Source of the DNA: the human T2T-CHM13v2.0 reference genome, Homo sapiens
DNA length: 64,000 nucleotides
NCBI RefSeq assembly: GCF_009914755.1
Contig: NC_060940.1
Reading direction: 5' to 3' (one strand)
The notes under the pieces were generated by a model. The model ran no database searches. It was not told the DNA's origin and worked only from the letters and a program-made list of their open reading frames with translations. Of this stretch, positions 40,731 through 53,625 are shown one piece after another (position 1 is the stretch's first letter; every line of letters starts with the position of its first letter). The position numbers and the translations under genes are program-made.

Positions 40731-41920
40731 CTGACATGATATTCATTCATATACCCCTGTCTTCCAAATGCATAGATGTACAATAGCTGTCAGTATTGTA
40801 TCTCCCTGGGTCTCGTTTCTTATCAGAATTGCACATTTGCTGGCAAGAAGAGAGTGGCACATTGATCTCAAACTGTGAAATAAATCCATACACCTTCAGA
40901 GAGGTTCTTCGAATGTATGGTCAAGCATTGCAAAAGCCGCTGTGTGTTTGGAAGAAAGGTGAAACTGGAAGGTCTTTGGCTCAGGGTGCCATTAGGAGTG
41001 GTGTCGGTGGCAGCTGTGGGCCATCATGGTACACATCCTGCGTCAACTCCAGGCCTCCCCACAATCCCATGAACAGCAAAGCCCCTCATCTTTTGAATGC
41101 TGGAGAAAGCTCCGTACGTGTAGGGCTTCGCCATCAGTTTAAAACGTCTCTGGAATTCTTTGATTATTTTAATGTGCTAATTTCTTGAGCTTTGTTTTTG
41201 TGCTGTCTTTGATTTTCCACTTTCACCTTTATTTTACGCCATTGTTGGAAGGGTCAAAGCATCCCAGAGCTTAATGGCTCTCTTGTTCAGCTATTGTGGG
41301 GGGAAAAAGAGCAAAGCAAACAAAACAAAACAAAATATCCTTTTTTTTGTTTTGCTTTTTTTTTAATTTAAAGGCATCCAAAAAATTGTTTCTTTTGCCT
41401 TTGATCAAGATCATATAAACATAATCAGTGTTTATTGTGTTTGCATAATCGAAAATAGCAGGAAACTGATCTCAGATTGCATGGAGCTAGAAAAGATTAA
41501 GCCTTTCCTTCTTGGCAGAGTTCTACAGACACACAAGGTTGGTGTGATGGATGCAGCACTCGGTATCCATGATGTGTTCGGGAAAATCCTCAGAAGAAAC
41601 TTGCATTGCTTTCTGGGGAAATTCCTGAATACAAGTGGCAATGAGATGCATGAAAATTATTTTCAGCTGATGAATACTGTCTGAACATAACTATTGCTGG
41701 GGTGTATAATTTAAAATCTGTAGAGTGAAGTGTGCAATATATGGGCTTTGGGATACAACAAATATGGATTTAAATTCTACTCCTCCTTTTTATCATCTCT
41801 CTGCCCGGGATAACTTGTTTCATCCCCTTCCCTGAGCTTAAGCCCCCTCAACTGTAAAAGAAAGATAACAACCCTTACCTCATATGGTTCTAGGGAGGAC
41901 AACATGAGATAATACACATC

Positions 41921-42256
41921 CAGGCAGTCCCCAACTTAAAAGTGGTTTCACTTACTTTTTTTTTTTTTTTTTTTTTTGACATTATGAATGACGTGAAACC
42001 TTTCTGTTTTTTCACATTTGGTATGGTATTCAATGAATTCCACGAGATATTCAATACTATTATAAAATTAGCTTTGTGTTAGATGAGTTTGTCCAAATGT
42101 AGGCTAATATAAGTGTTTTGAGCTTGTTTAAGGTAGAGAAGACAAAGCTATGATGTTCAGTAGGTTAGGTGTATGGAATGCAATTTTGATAGAATATTTT
42201 CAACTCACGATGAGTTTATAGGGACATAACCATATCATAAGTCAAGGAAAGCATGT
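41921..42256. mobile_element. TcMar-Tigger MITE (MER47A-like) inserted into a MIR (MIR spans ~41720-42310)
   Basis: Ends CAGGCAGTCCCCAACTTA / TAAGTCAAGGAAAGCATG. Internal AGCTATGATGTTCAGTAGGTTAGGTGTA. MIR sequence continues on both sides. Confidence 0.7.
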
Positions 42257-42427
42257 ACGCAGAGCTTAATAGAGTGCCTAATACAGAGTAAGTGCTTAAA
42301 ACATTTTTTTAAAGTGTGATACAAGTTCTTTGGAGAGCCTGAATGAATTGGGGGTATGGCCATATGTAATATGTTCAGTGCAGCACCATTCTTTAATAAA
42401 TTACAAGTTGGTCTATTTCTTTGTTCC

Positions 42428-42733
42428 TTTTTATTTTTATTTTTATTTTTGGAGGCAGAGTCTCACTGTGTCACCCAGGCTGGAATGCAGTGGTGTGATC
42501 ACAGCTCATGGCAGCTTTGATCTCTCCAGACTTAGATGATCCTGTACCTCAGCCTCCTGAATAGCTGGCAACACAGGTGTGTGTCACCACGCCCAGCTAA
42601 TTTTAGTATTTTTGGTAGAGACGAGGTCTTGCCATGTAGCCCAGGCTGGTCTTAAACCCCTGGGCTCAGGTAGTCCTCCCACCTCAGCCTCCCAAAGCAC
42701 TTGGATTACAGGCATGAGCCACAGTGCCCAGCC
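42428..42733 (-). mobile_element. AluJ
   Basis: GATCACAGCTCATGGCAGC...GAGGTCTTGCCATGTAGCCCAGGCTGG...TGGGCTCAGG. Confidence 0.93.
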
Positions 42734-43199
42734 AGATGTAACTATTTAATGAAATGTTGATTGGGGTGTGCTTGCTTCCCCTGAAGCCTGATTCTTGATC
42801 TTTGTTCTGGACTCCAGGACCAAAGATATCATTGCTTAATCTTGCGAACAACTCTGGAAGATCCTTACAGAATGACTTGCTTTAGCCAAATCCTATGGTA
42901 AGGCAAAACACTACCTAAAAACAATAATAAGCATAATTGTCATCCAGATATGTTGGGACCCTACAGAGAAATTCAGAAGACAATCTGGCTGGAGTTTACA
43001 GTATGTACAACAGCAGTCTTGGTTAGGCCATGGTATTATAATTCAGCAACAACACCAATAATAATATTGGTGGTTAAAATTTCTTGAGTATATAGAATGT
43101 TCCTTCTAGTATGCTTAAGGCTTGATATGCATACAATCTTTATGGCACCCTGCAAAATCCATGAGTCCACTGCTGTTTTCCAAATAAGAAGATGGGGGT

Positions 43200-43592
43200 T
43201 GTAGTAGTCCATTCTCATACTGTTATAAAGAGATACCTGAGTCTGGGTAATTTATAAAGGAAAGAGGTTTAATTGGCTCACAGTTCTGTGGGTTGTACAG
43301 GCTCTGCTTCTGGGGAGGCCTCAGGAAACTTATAATCATGGCAGAAGGTGAAAACGAAGCAAGCACATCCTCACATGGCCAGCAGGAGAGAGGAAGACAG
43401 AAAAACAGAGCGAGAAGGGAGAGGGGCTACATACTTTCAAACAAACAGCTCTTGTGAAAACTCTATCAAAAGAACAGCAAGGGGGATGTTTGCTCCCATT
43501 ATTCTGTCATCTCCCACCAGACCCCTCCTCCAACACTGAGAACTACAGCTGGACATGAGATTTGGGGAGGGACACACAGCCAAACCATATCA
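43200..43592 (-). mobile_element. MST-family MaLR solo LTR inserted into a MIR
   Basis: TGTAGTAGTCCATTCTCATACTGTTATAAAG...CAGCCAAACCATATCA. Perfect 5-bp TSD GGGGT at 43195-43199 and 43593-43597. Confidence 0.93.
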
Positions 43593-43709
43593 GGGGTCTA
43601 GAAAGGTAAACCAATTTTCCCATAACAATAGAGAGAATACATTATAATAAGTAGGACTTGATCCAAATCTGAGAGACACCCAAACTCATGTTCTTAACTA
43701 TGAGATTTC

Positions 43710-43900
43710 GATACTTGGAGTCAGAAGACTTGGGTTTAAGTTTCAGTTGCAGGGACCTTACTCACATCTTCTAACCTCTCAAAGCCTTGCCATATCATCT
43801 GTTCAAAAGAATACCTTCTTCACAAAATTGTAAAGACTGAATGAGAAAATGCACCTAAAGCATCTTTGCACATCGCAGAGATTATGCAAGTATAAGGTGC
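43710..43900 (+). mobile_element. MIR
   Basis: TTGGAGTCAGAAGACTTGGGTTTAAG...AACCTCTCAAAGCCTTG. Confidence 0.65.
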
Positions 43901-44739
43901 TATATTTCGCATTAACACCTGAGCATAGATCATTTTCGGATTGTGTGAGGGATGGTGAATTTATAAATTTGGTGATTTTTGATGAAAAGAATCAATATGC
44001 TGTCTCTTTACAGAGGAATTAGTGGTTATAAGAACTGACAATGCATTTAGAGATTTGTTTTTTTCAATAGGACAGAAAGAGACTATTTTCTTTCCATTTA
44101 TAAGAATATGAATGTGCTTAAGGGAGGACAGATTCCAACAATCGAGTTGTTTGCTGTGATTTGTACGCCCTGGGGATATGGAGAGTTGGGAATGTAGAAA
44201 AATTACAATTATGGAATAAAAAAAGATCCAGGGAGAAGGATTTTTTTTACTGCCTGTTTTGCTTGTGTGGCTTGGAACAGGGAGTTTCCTGGAGGGTGTG
44301 GGGTCTTCCTTGCTGACCCTCGTGCTTTTTGGAGGCTCATTGGTAAGCCTTGTTGTGCCTGTTCCTTCTGCTCCTAGTCCTTAAGAACATAGCTCTTATC
44401 CTTAACTGACCTTTTGCACTGAATATGTGACAGTTAATCCACTGGAAGGTTTTAGATAGGCAGCATGTCCAGACACTGCCCCCTGCACGTGACTGGCCCC
44501 ACCTCCGTCCCACCTTGGTGTTAATCCCATGGGGTGGATTTTCTAGGCCAGTCTCTTTTTAGAATAGCATTTGCTGATGTCCCTCTAAGAGAGTTTTTGG
44601 GCATGTGCCCTGGTTTGTAAAAGAAGGGCCCTCATGGAGGTAGAGGAAAGCAGTTTCGCGTCCCAAGATCTCCAAGGATACCAATTATAGGGGTAGCTGG
44701 GTACCTGCCTCCCTCTGCTCTTCGTTTCTCACCGCAAGA

Positions 44740-45770
44740 GCTCTGCTATGATTTTCTCCACATCTGGACTTCTTTCCTCCCTTTCTTGCATAGCTAACAC
44801 CCATGTGTGCTTTTGGACCAGTTTCCTTGTCCCGTTCACAAAATTAAAACTTCCTTGACCTCACTGACTTGGTTAAGTACCTTTACTGTATCACTTTATA
44901 ACTTCAGTACCTTCATTTGTAGCTTGCATCATCATTTCAGTTTTACAACTTTTTATGTAATGATTTGGTTTATGATACTCTTCCCCCAAAAGACTGTAAA
45001 GGCCATGCAGATGAGGACCAAATGTGTTTTTTCTTCCTACGCATCCTCAGCATATGTGCCTTTTATACAGTAGGCTTTTAACAGTGACTAAAAGGAAGAG
45101 TGAGTCGGTGGATGGATGGAGAAATGAATGAATGAATGAATGGGTTACACAACCAGCCTGTCCAGACACTGATTCTTTTACGTAGGCTGAGATTCCTGAG
45201 GTAAGGGACAAGGATATCAACTTGCGTTAGTTTACCTTATGCACTCCATCGCAGCCTAAACTGTCACTGATTACTTGCTGCCCTTAGAATACAAGCTCTC
45301 TCTGTCTTCCTTCCCCTCCTGCCTTTTGCAATCTCATTTCATGCTTTGCTCATTTGCCACCACAATACTTAAGCCAGGCCAGAATTATTTTCAGTGTTTG
45401 AAAGTTGCACACCCACTTCTCCCTTGCAGATTCTGTACACGCTTTTCCTCCATCAAAAATGTTTTATTCTGCCTCTTCAAACATTGCATTTTCATAATCA
45501 TTTTCAGACCTCTGCCTACATGTCCCTTTTTCATGGAAGCCCTCCCTCCCTGAATACTCTAGGTTGGACAACTTTCCCCTGTAGTCCCCTTGTATAGCAT
45601 CTTGCATTTCCCTCCAGATCACGTCCCAAAATTATAATGAATATATGTTTGCATTTGGACAATGGCCTGTTTCCTCCACTCAGGAGTAATAGCTACTTGA
45701 GGAAATGCCTTGGTCATCAAAAAGTGTCTGGCTCCTAGTAGGTACTCCACAAGCAGTTATCAAATAAAAT
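44740..45770 (+). mobile_element. Two L2 3' fragments (~44740-45142 and ~45300-45770)
   Basis: AGACTGTAAAGGCCATGCAGATGAGGACC...ATGAATGAATGAATGAATG tail. The second copy ends AGTGTCTGGCTCCTAGTAGGTACTC. Confidence 0.6.
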
Positions 45771-46119
45771 TGTAAAACCCAGGCACTCTTTATGGTCCTA
45801 CCAAAACCAGTGACTTGAATGGGAGATATTTAGGGTCAAGGAAGAAAGAAGGCAGGCATGTTCATATTTATTTACCTCCTGTGGGTTTGTGATGGCCCCT
45901 CCTTCTTCTTGGGCTAGAGTCAGAGCCACTTTCTCCTAATCCCCTATAGGTTAAGCTGAGTAGGTGATAAAGCCCAAGTCATAGTAGCATAAGCACAAGG
46001 AATTCTGATTATGTTAAGAAACTGAAAACTTCAGGAGTGGTTTTGGCTATTGGTCATTGCTGAATCTAAGGGTTTGCATAATTACTGTAGGGATGTCCTC
46101 AGTCCGTGGATTGTTTTGA

Positions 46120-46481
<362 letters not shown>

Positions 46482-46791
46482 TGGTGTCTTGATTTTTATT
46501 GCTCCTTGCATATAGTCAATGGTTCTGAGATCTGACAGGAAATGCCTGATGGAAGAGCTATGGCCCATGCAGGATCTCACTTCAGACCTTAATCCTTAAG
46601 TTTGTGTCTGGGAAGATGGGGTACTTGATTGGCAAGATGCTCGTCACTTCTTGCTCACCTCTGGATGTCAATCCACAAGTTTTCTTTGGTATCTTCACTG
46701 TATGAAAAACCCAACTATAATATTACACTCAAGTACACACTTATAGGAGCACACTTTTTATATAGTTTCTATATAATTTTCCTACCCCATC

Positions 46792-47677
<886 letters not shown>

Positions 47678-49963
47678 TTACCCAGTCCCTTCTGTCTCCT
47701 TAGTCTTCAGCCTGAATCTCTTGCTTACCTCCCCTAATGGCCATATGGGGAACAGGATTTTATTAAGGAAACCTCGAAAGGGTTGACACAAGAGTCAAAC
47801 CCCCACACCTTTAGATGCATAGGCAGTGAAACCAACCTGTACTTCCCATCTTCTTGCGTTTCCATTTATCCATTCCTCTTGGGGTCCAGGGTCATAGCCT
47901 CTCTACTGTACCTCCAACGGGTGCCACTACAGTGTCTGGATTCTCGATCACCACCTCCCTTTTCAGTTTACTGATCAGGCAGTTTCGGAGACCACGCCAG
48001 GGTTTCATGTGCCCCGGTTGAGGCATGAATAACAGCAGTTTGAATTCTCCTTTGTAATTCTCATCCAGGCAAGTCACTCTTTTTTCCTGGTATAAATGAT
48101 CAGATCGCTGCTGCAGACTCATCCAGGATTCCTCTGCCTTATTGTTTTTCAATCCGTCTACTTCCACGATCCTCTCTTCCCACCCTCCTTGCCGTCCCCT
48201 GCAGCCTTCATGTCTGTGCATACATAAATAAGGCTGTTATGCACGCATGTGAGAATATATACCCATCATGGTACTGTGTGAGCCTGTGTACGTGCTGAGG
48301 AAATGTAATGGGCTGTGGTTGTGTGTTTGTAGGTGTATAATAAGTTTGCCGCAGACTAGGGGGATAAATAGAGCCATTTGTTGATTCAAACCAATTTTTT
48401 TTTCTCTTGAGTTAGTATCCAATCTGTAGCTAAGAACTGCTGACTACAGCATATTTCCAAGTGTGGATTTTTTTTTTTTTTCCCTGACAGCCAAGACCTA
48501 ACTCTTGCCTGATCTATGTAGATGCATTGTTCAAATTACAAAGCTTAGGTGACAGAATTGCTCTTTTTACTGGGAGCCCCCAACACACCTGTCATCAGAT
48601 AGAAGGGAGAATGCAGAAGTCATCACTTTACTTAGAAACTCAGCAGATGATTGAAATTATTTCTTACTACTAATTCCCCTTTTAGTGGAGATAAGCCGCT
48701 TTGTTCAGCTGTAAATGAAACATTAGGGTATTAACTGTGGAGCCAGAAGTATTGGGGAAGCTAAGATTTTATCTGCAGTAAGAACATTTTGGGCAATAAA
48801 TTGTTTTGTTGGACGGAATACTAAATCTCTTGAGTTACAAAGAAGCAGAGCTCATTAAGGGGAATGCTTAAAGCAGAAAACAAGGCGAGACAAAAGCTTA
48901 TTACCTTTGTTGTGGGGATTGAGGGGGTGTTTGCAGGTTCTCATGTATATGTAGCATGGAAGACTTATGCAGTACAGTTATTAAATAGATGTGTCTATAG
49001 ACTTGCAAATGCTCTATGAATATGTCCAAGGGACAAATACATTTCTGAAATATCAATAGCAATCTGCAATAAGTTATGAATTTTGGCGTACATATTTACC
49101 CTCAAAGACTAGATTTTTGTTTCCTGCGGGTGAAATTTTCCCGTCTCTTTGCCACATCCTTCAGATTAATTGACTGGCATGGTTACATAAATGTTTGTAA
49201 TAGAGAAGAGTAAGTGCCAGGGTTATCCAAAATATTGTCGCAAAATACACACCTAAATTAAGATAATTATGTGTTGGGAGCATCTATCGGCAGGGCTTGG
49301 CAAGGAGGGGAGCTTTCTCTTGATGGAGAGGAGGCTCTTTCTGGGACACTGAATTCATGAATGGTGGGTTCTGGATTCCCCAGGGTGCTCTCAGCTTGTA
49401 AGTGTCAGGGGAGGGGATTGAGGGCTGTTCTTTTGCCAATAACCAGGGCGGAAGGAGGACGAGAGGAAGAAGACAGTGCCTTCTTTTCCCTGGAGTTAGC
49501 AACCCTCTGCTGTGTCTCCAAGAGCAAGGCTGTGGCAGTACAACTGTCTACCTGTCTACACCGGCTGCTCCTTCTTGCCTTTGGACAGAAGATGACACTC
49601 ACAAACTGTGGCCCCTGAGCAACAGTGTAAACGGGCATACCTCAGTTACAAGCGGATTCAAATGTAATGAGAACAATTTCAGAGCTATGCATTTTATTCT
49701 TCTGTTTTTCTCCCTGGATGACTCAGGGCATCTTTTCACAGACTCCCACCCTGAAGGTTTTTATTGCCATTTCTGCGCTTCCCTACACGTCCTGATTCAT
49801 AAGTGGATGCTCAGGACACAGTCACTCAGAGTAGCTTAATACTCTGCGGACCTCACGTGCTGAGTTCTCATTCTGGACTTAACGTTACTTTAAGCTCAGT
49901 TTGTACCTTTCCTTGGTTCTGTCAATGGAAATAAGGACAACACTTCTCAAAACACAGCAGGTG

Positions 49964-50268
<305 letters not shown>

Positions 50269-51069
50269 AACATAGCAGGAAGGTAGCAGTGGACAAATGA
50301 AGTATTGGAAACACATAGCCTACACATTCATGTGAGCTTTAGGAGAACGTGAGGTCTGACTTGCTTAAAGAAAACTTAGCACATGAAAAATGAAAACTAT
50401 TTTTTTCAGTGCATGAGTGATCATGATCTCTTTAATTAAAAGTGCACTGAATTGTAAGATCTTTTACCAAAATGTTACCATCTTTATCTTCTATCTCTGG
50501 TGCTGAGTGTAGTAACAGGAAGAGATTTCGAAGTGAAGACTTTAGTAAGATAGAATTGTGTGTATTGTGTTTAAATCTGGGGTGTATTTAAAATGTAATT
50601 GAAATCACAAGATATTTAACATGCTATTCACTTTGCAAGTGACTTTTCAGGACCACTTATCTGCAGACTGTAGGACACCAGTCTATGAACGTTGGCTTAT
50701 AGGAGCACCAGGTCTCCAGTTGAGTTAATTCCTCATACTTGTCACATAGGGGGCATACTAAGTCTTCCTGAGATGAGTAGAAACATAGATCCACATAAAA
50801 ATGAAAAGAACCCACTGGTGACAGAGGGTCTCAGAGCCTCCAGTTTTTTTCTGAACTTTGAAAGTCAGTACCAAAGAGTCAGAACTGAATGGAAGGACAC
50901 TAAAATCAATACTTTTCAATGTAACATCACAAGCGTTGGGACTCTGAAGAACTTGATGACACATGATTCAGAAGCAAAGTGATATTTACATAGGAAGACT
51001 GTCCTCGCCCTCTGGAATGATTTTGACATGTGTATTCACTCTTAGTTTTGGCTCTTAGAGTTTAAGTAA

Positions 51070-51780
51070 TAGATTTACGGTGGTATGAACACAGGTGTTA
51101 AAGAGTTCTGGGTTCAAGTCTTGTCCACGTCCCAAGCTGTGGAACTCTGAATAAACCTCTTAGTCTATTGGAACCTTAGTTTTCTCATCTGTAAAACAGA
51201 TGAAACTACCTGATTTTTTAGGCCCTACTTGGCTCTTAAATTTCTCGGCTCAGTGAACAATGCAAGCTTTATGTTATAAACCACCAAGACATCTAAGCTT
51301 CTTCCCTTACGGCCGTTAGTGGATTAAGCGATATCCTCAGAGCAACTGTTTGGTGATTTAACCTCCCCCAGTTGCTCTATTTCCTGGGTTGTTCATGAGT
51401 AATTGATAAAGAATTTGCAACACTAGGATTCCACATGGAAGAAGGAAATGCCTCTTTTGGACCCATTTCAAACAAGCATTGGTAGGAGATGCCTCAGACG
51501 CTTATGCTTAAAGCATCAGTATCATTGCCTGACAGCTTATCACAGTGGCAGGAGCATAGGGTTGAATCTTATGTTTTTCTTTCCCTCTGGGTGACACTTA
51601 CAGGATGCTTAAGTTTGCTGGACCTCACTTTCTTCATCTGTAAGATGGGGACAGAGAACTATCTCAGTGTTACAGAAAATTTGAAGATGAGGCTGAAGAT
51701 GTAAGATTTTGTTAATGTCTACAGTGTTAAAGAATCTCAATATATGGTGGCTATGATTATTGCTATTCTTATATTAACTT
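51070..51780 (+). mobile_element. Two MIR fragments (~51070-51240, ~51530-51780)
   Basis: CCTTAGTTTTCTCATCTGTAAAAC and CCTCACTTTCTTCATCTGTAAGATGGGG. Confidence 0.7.
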
Positions 51781-52298
51781 GGTGATAGGCATCAGTGGTT
51801 GAATTATCTGGAGAACCCAGAAAACAGAACAGATCTTGCAAATTCAGTCGCTTACCCAGATGTTAGTTGTTTGATCCCCAGTGTGACAAATGCCACCTTC
51901 AATCTCTCTAACATTTCTAGGCAAGAAATTATTCTCTCAGGAGACTGCCAGAGAGGCAATTTTGAGCTTGAAACTTATTGATGTGATGGGCTATGACCAG
52001 GCAACTTCCGTAGTCGGGGCATGTGCTGAGTCTGACTACAGTCTGACTACAAATCCCAGCTCTAGCCCCATGTGGCTGGGGGCCAGCTATTTTCATTGTG
52101 GGGTTAGACTCCCTGGAGGGAATAATTCTGAGATGACCCTTTTAAAATGTAATCCTTGTACTAAAGTGGGGCTAGAGGGTTCCCTATTCATTCATACGGC
52201 TACTGTAACAAATGCCCACAAACTTGGTAGCTTTATAACAATAGAAATTTACTCTCTTCCAATTGGGAGGCAAAAAGTTTGATGTCAAGGTGTCAACG

Positions 52299-52462
52299 GA
52301 AATAGTAGACACTAGGAACTACTTGGGGCAAGTGTTGAGTGACTGTTGGGTACTCTGCTCACTTTGTACCTCAAACCTCAGCATCACGTAATATACTCAT
52401 GTAACAAAGCTGCACTTGTACCCCCGAATCCAACATGAAAGTTGAAATTATATTTTTAAAAA
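52299..52462 (+). mobile_element. L1 (old L1PA/L1PB-type) 3' end fragment
   Basis: AATAGTAGACACTAGGAACTAC...CAAACCTCAGCATCACGTAATATACTCATGTAACAAAGCTGCACTTGTACCCC. Confidence 0.8.
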
Positions 52463-52471
52463 GCAATGTCG

Positions 52472-52792
52472 GGCCAGGTGCGGTAGCTCACGCCTGTTAT
52501 CCCAACATTTTGGGAGGCCGAAGCAGGTGGATTACCTGAGGTCAGTAGTTTGAGACCAGCTTGACCAACACGGAGAAACCCCATCTCTACTAAAAATACA
52601 AAATTAGCCAAGTGCGATGGCGCATGCCTGTAATCGCAGCTACGTGGGAGGCTGAAGCAGGAGAATTGCTTTAACCTGGGAGGCAGAGGTTGCAGTGAGC
52701 CGGGATCAGACTGTTGCACTCCAGCCTGGGTAACAAGAGCAGAACTCTGTCTCAAATAAATAAATAAATGAATAAATAAATAAAAATAAAAA
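52472..52792 (+). mobile_element. AluSp
   Basis: TGACCAACACGGAGAAACCCC diagnostic. (AATA)n tail. TSD GCAATGTC. Confidence 0.95.
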
Positions 52793-53224
52793 TGCAATGT
52801 CAGCAGATTGGCTCCTTATGGAGACTTTGGATACTTTGAGGGAAAATCCATACCCTGGCTCTCTTTTAGCCTCTGGTGGTGTCTGTCAATACCTGACATT
52901 TCTGGGCTTGTAGATGCATCTCGTCCATTTCTGCCTCCATCTTCATATGGCATTCCCCTCTATGTCTTCTGTTCTGTGTCTCTTCTAAGAATTTGTCGAT
53001 GGATTTAGGGCTCACTTAAGTTTAAGATGACCCCATATCAAGATCTTTAACTTGATTACATCTGCAAAGACCCTCTTCCCAAATAAGGTCATAGTCACAG
53101 GCACGAGGGGTTAAGACTTAGACATACCTGTTGTGGGGACAAAATTCAATCTACTGCCATTTTATTGTGAACTATCCTTGCATGGAGAAACAGTTCAATT
53201 TAACTTAGAATATTCAACAACACA

Positions 53225-53480
53225 AAGCTAACACTTTTCTGTGGGCGATGACTATGTACCAGGCATTGTGCTAATTGATAAAGGGCATTATATTTTAAAA
53301 TTTTATCTTAACAATTATATGAGGTAGGGATTATGGCCTTCTCTGATTTATTGATGAGAAAATTGACCCTCAGGAGGGGAAGACCATTTTTCTTAGTCAC
53401 CCAACTAAGAAAGTGGCACAGTTGGTATCCTAATCCAGAATTTTCTGATTCTGCCAATTATGCTTTGAACAATTATGCTA
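53225..53480 (-). mobile_element. MIR
   Basis: CTATGTACCAGGCATTGTGCTAA...GATGAGAAAATTGA. Confidence 0.65.
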
Positions 53481-53481
53481 G

Positions 53482-53625
53482 AAGTTCTCAAATTTTGTCA
53501 TGCATAAGAATCTCCTGGGGTTGTTAAAATTGCACCTTCCCCAAAGCTCCCATCTCTACAGAGATTCCGATTCTGTAGGTAGAGGGGAGGGGCAAGGATA
53601 GGCATTAAAAATAACTGCATTATGC
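53482..53625. mobile_element. MER5-family hAT fragment
   Basis: AGTTCTCAAATTTTGTCATGCATAAGAATCTCCTGGGGTTGTTAAAA...CAGAGATTCCGATTCTGTAGGT. Confidence 0.7.

Larger units (their letters stand above)
52183..53159 (-). mobile_element. MLT1 (A-C type) MaLR LTR interrupted by L1 and Alu
   Basis: GGCTACTGTAACAAATGCCCACAAACTTGGTAGCTT...TCAAGGTGTCA then resumes after 52795 ...GATTACATCTGCAAAGACCCTCTTCCCAAATAAGGTCA...AATTCAATCTAC. Confidence 0.88.
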
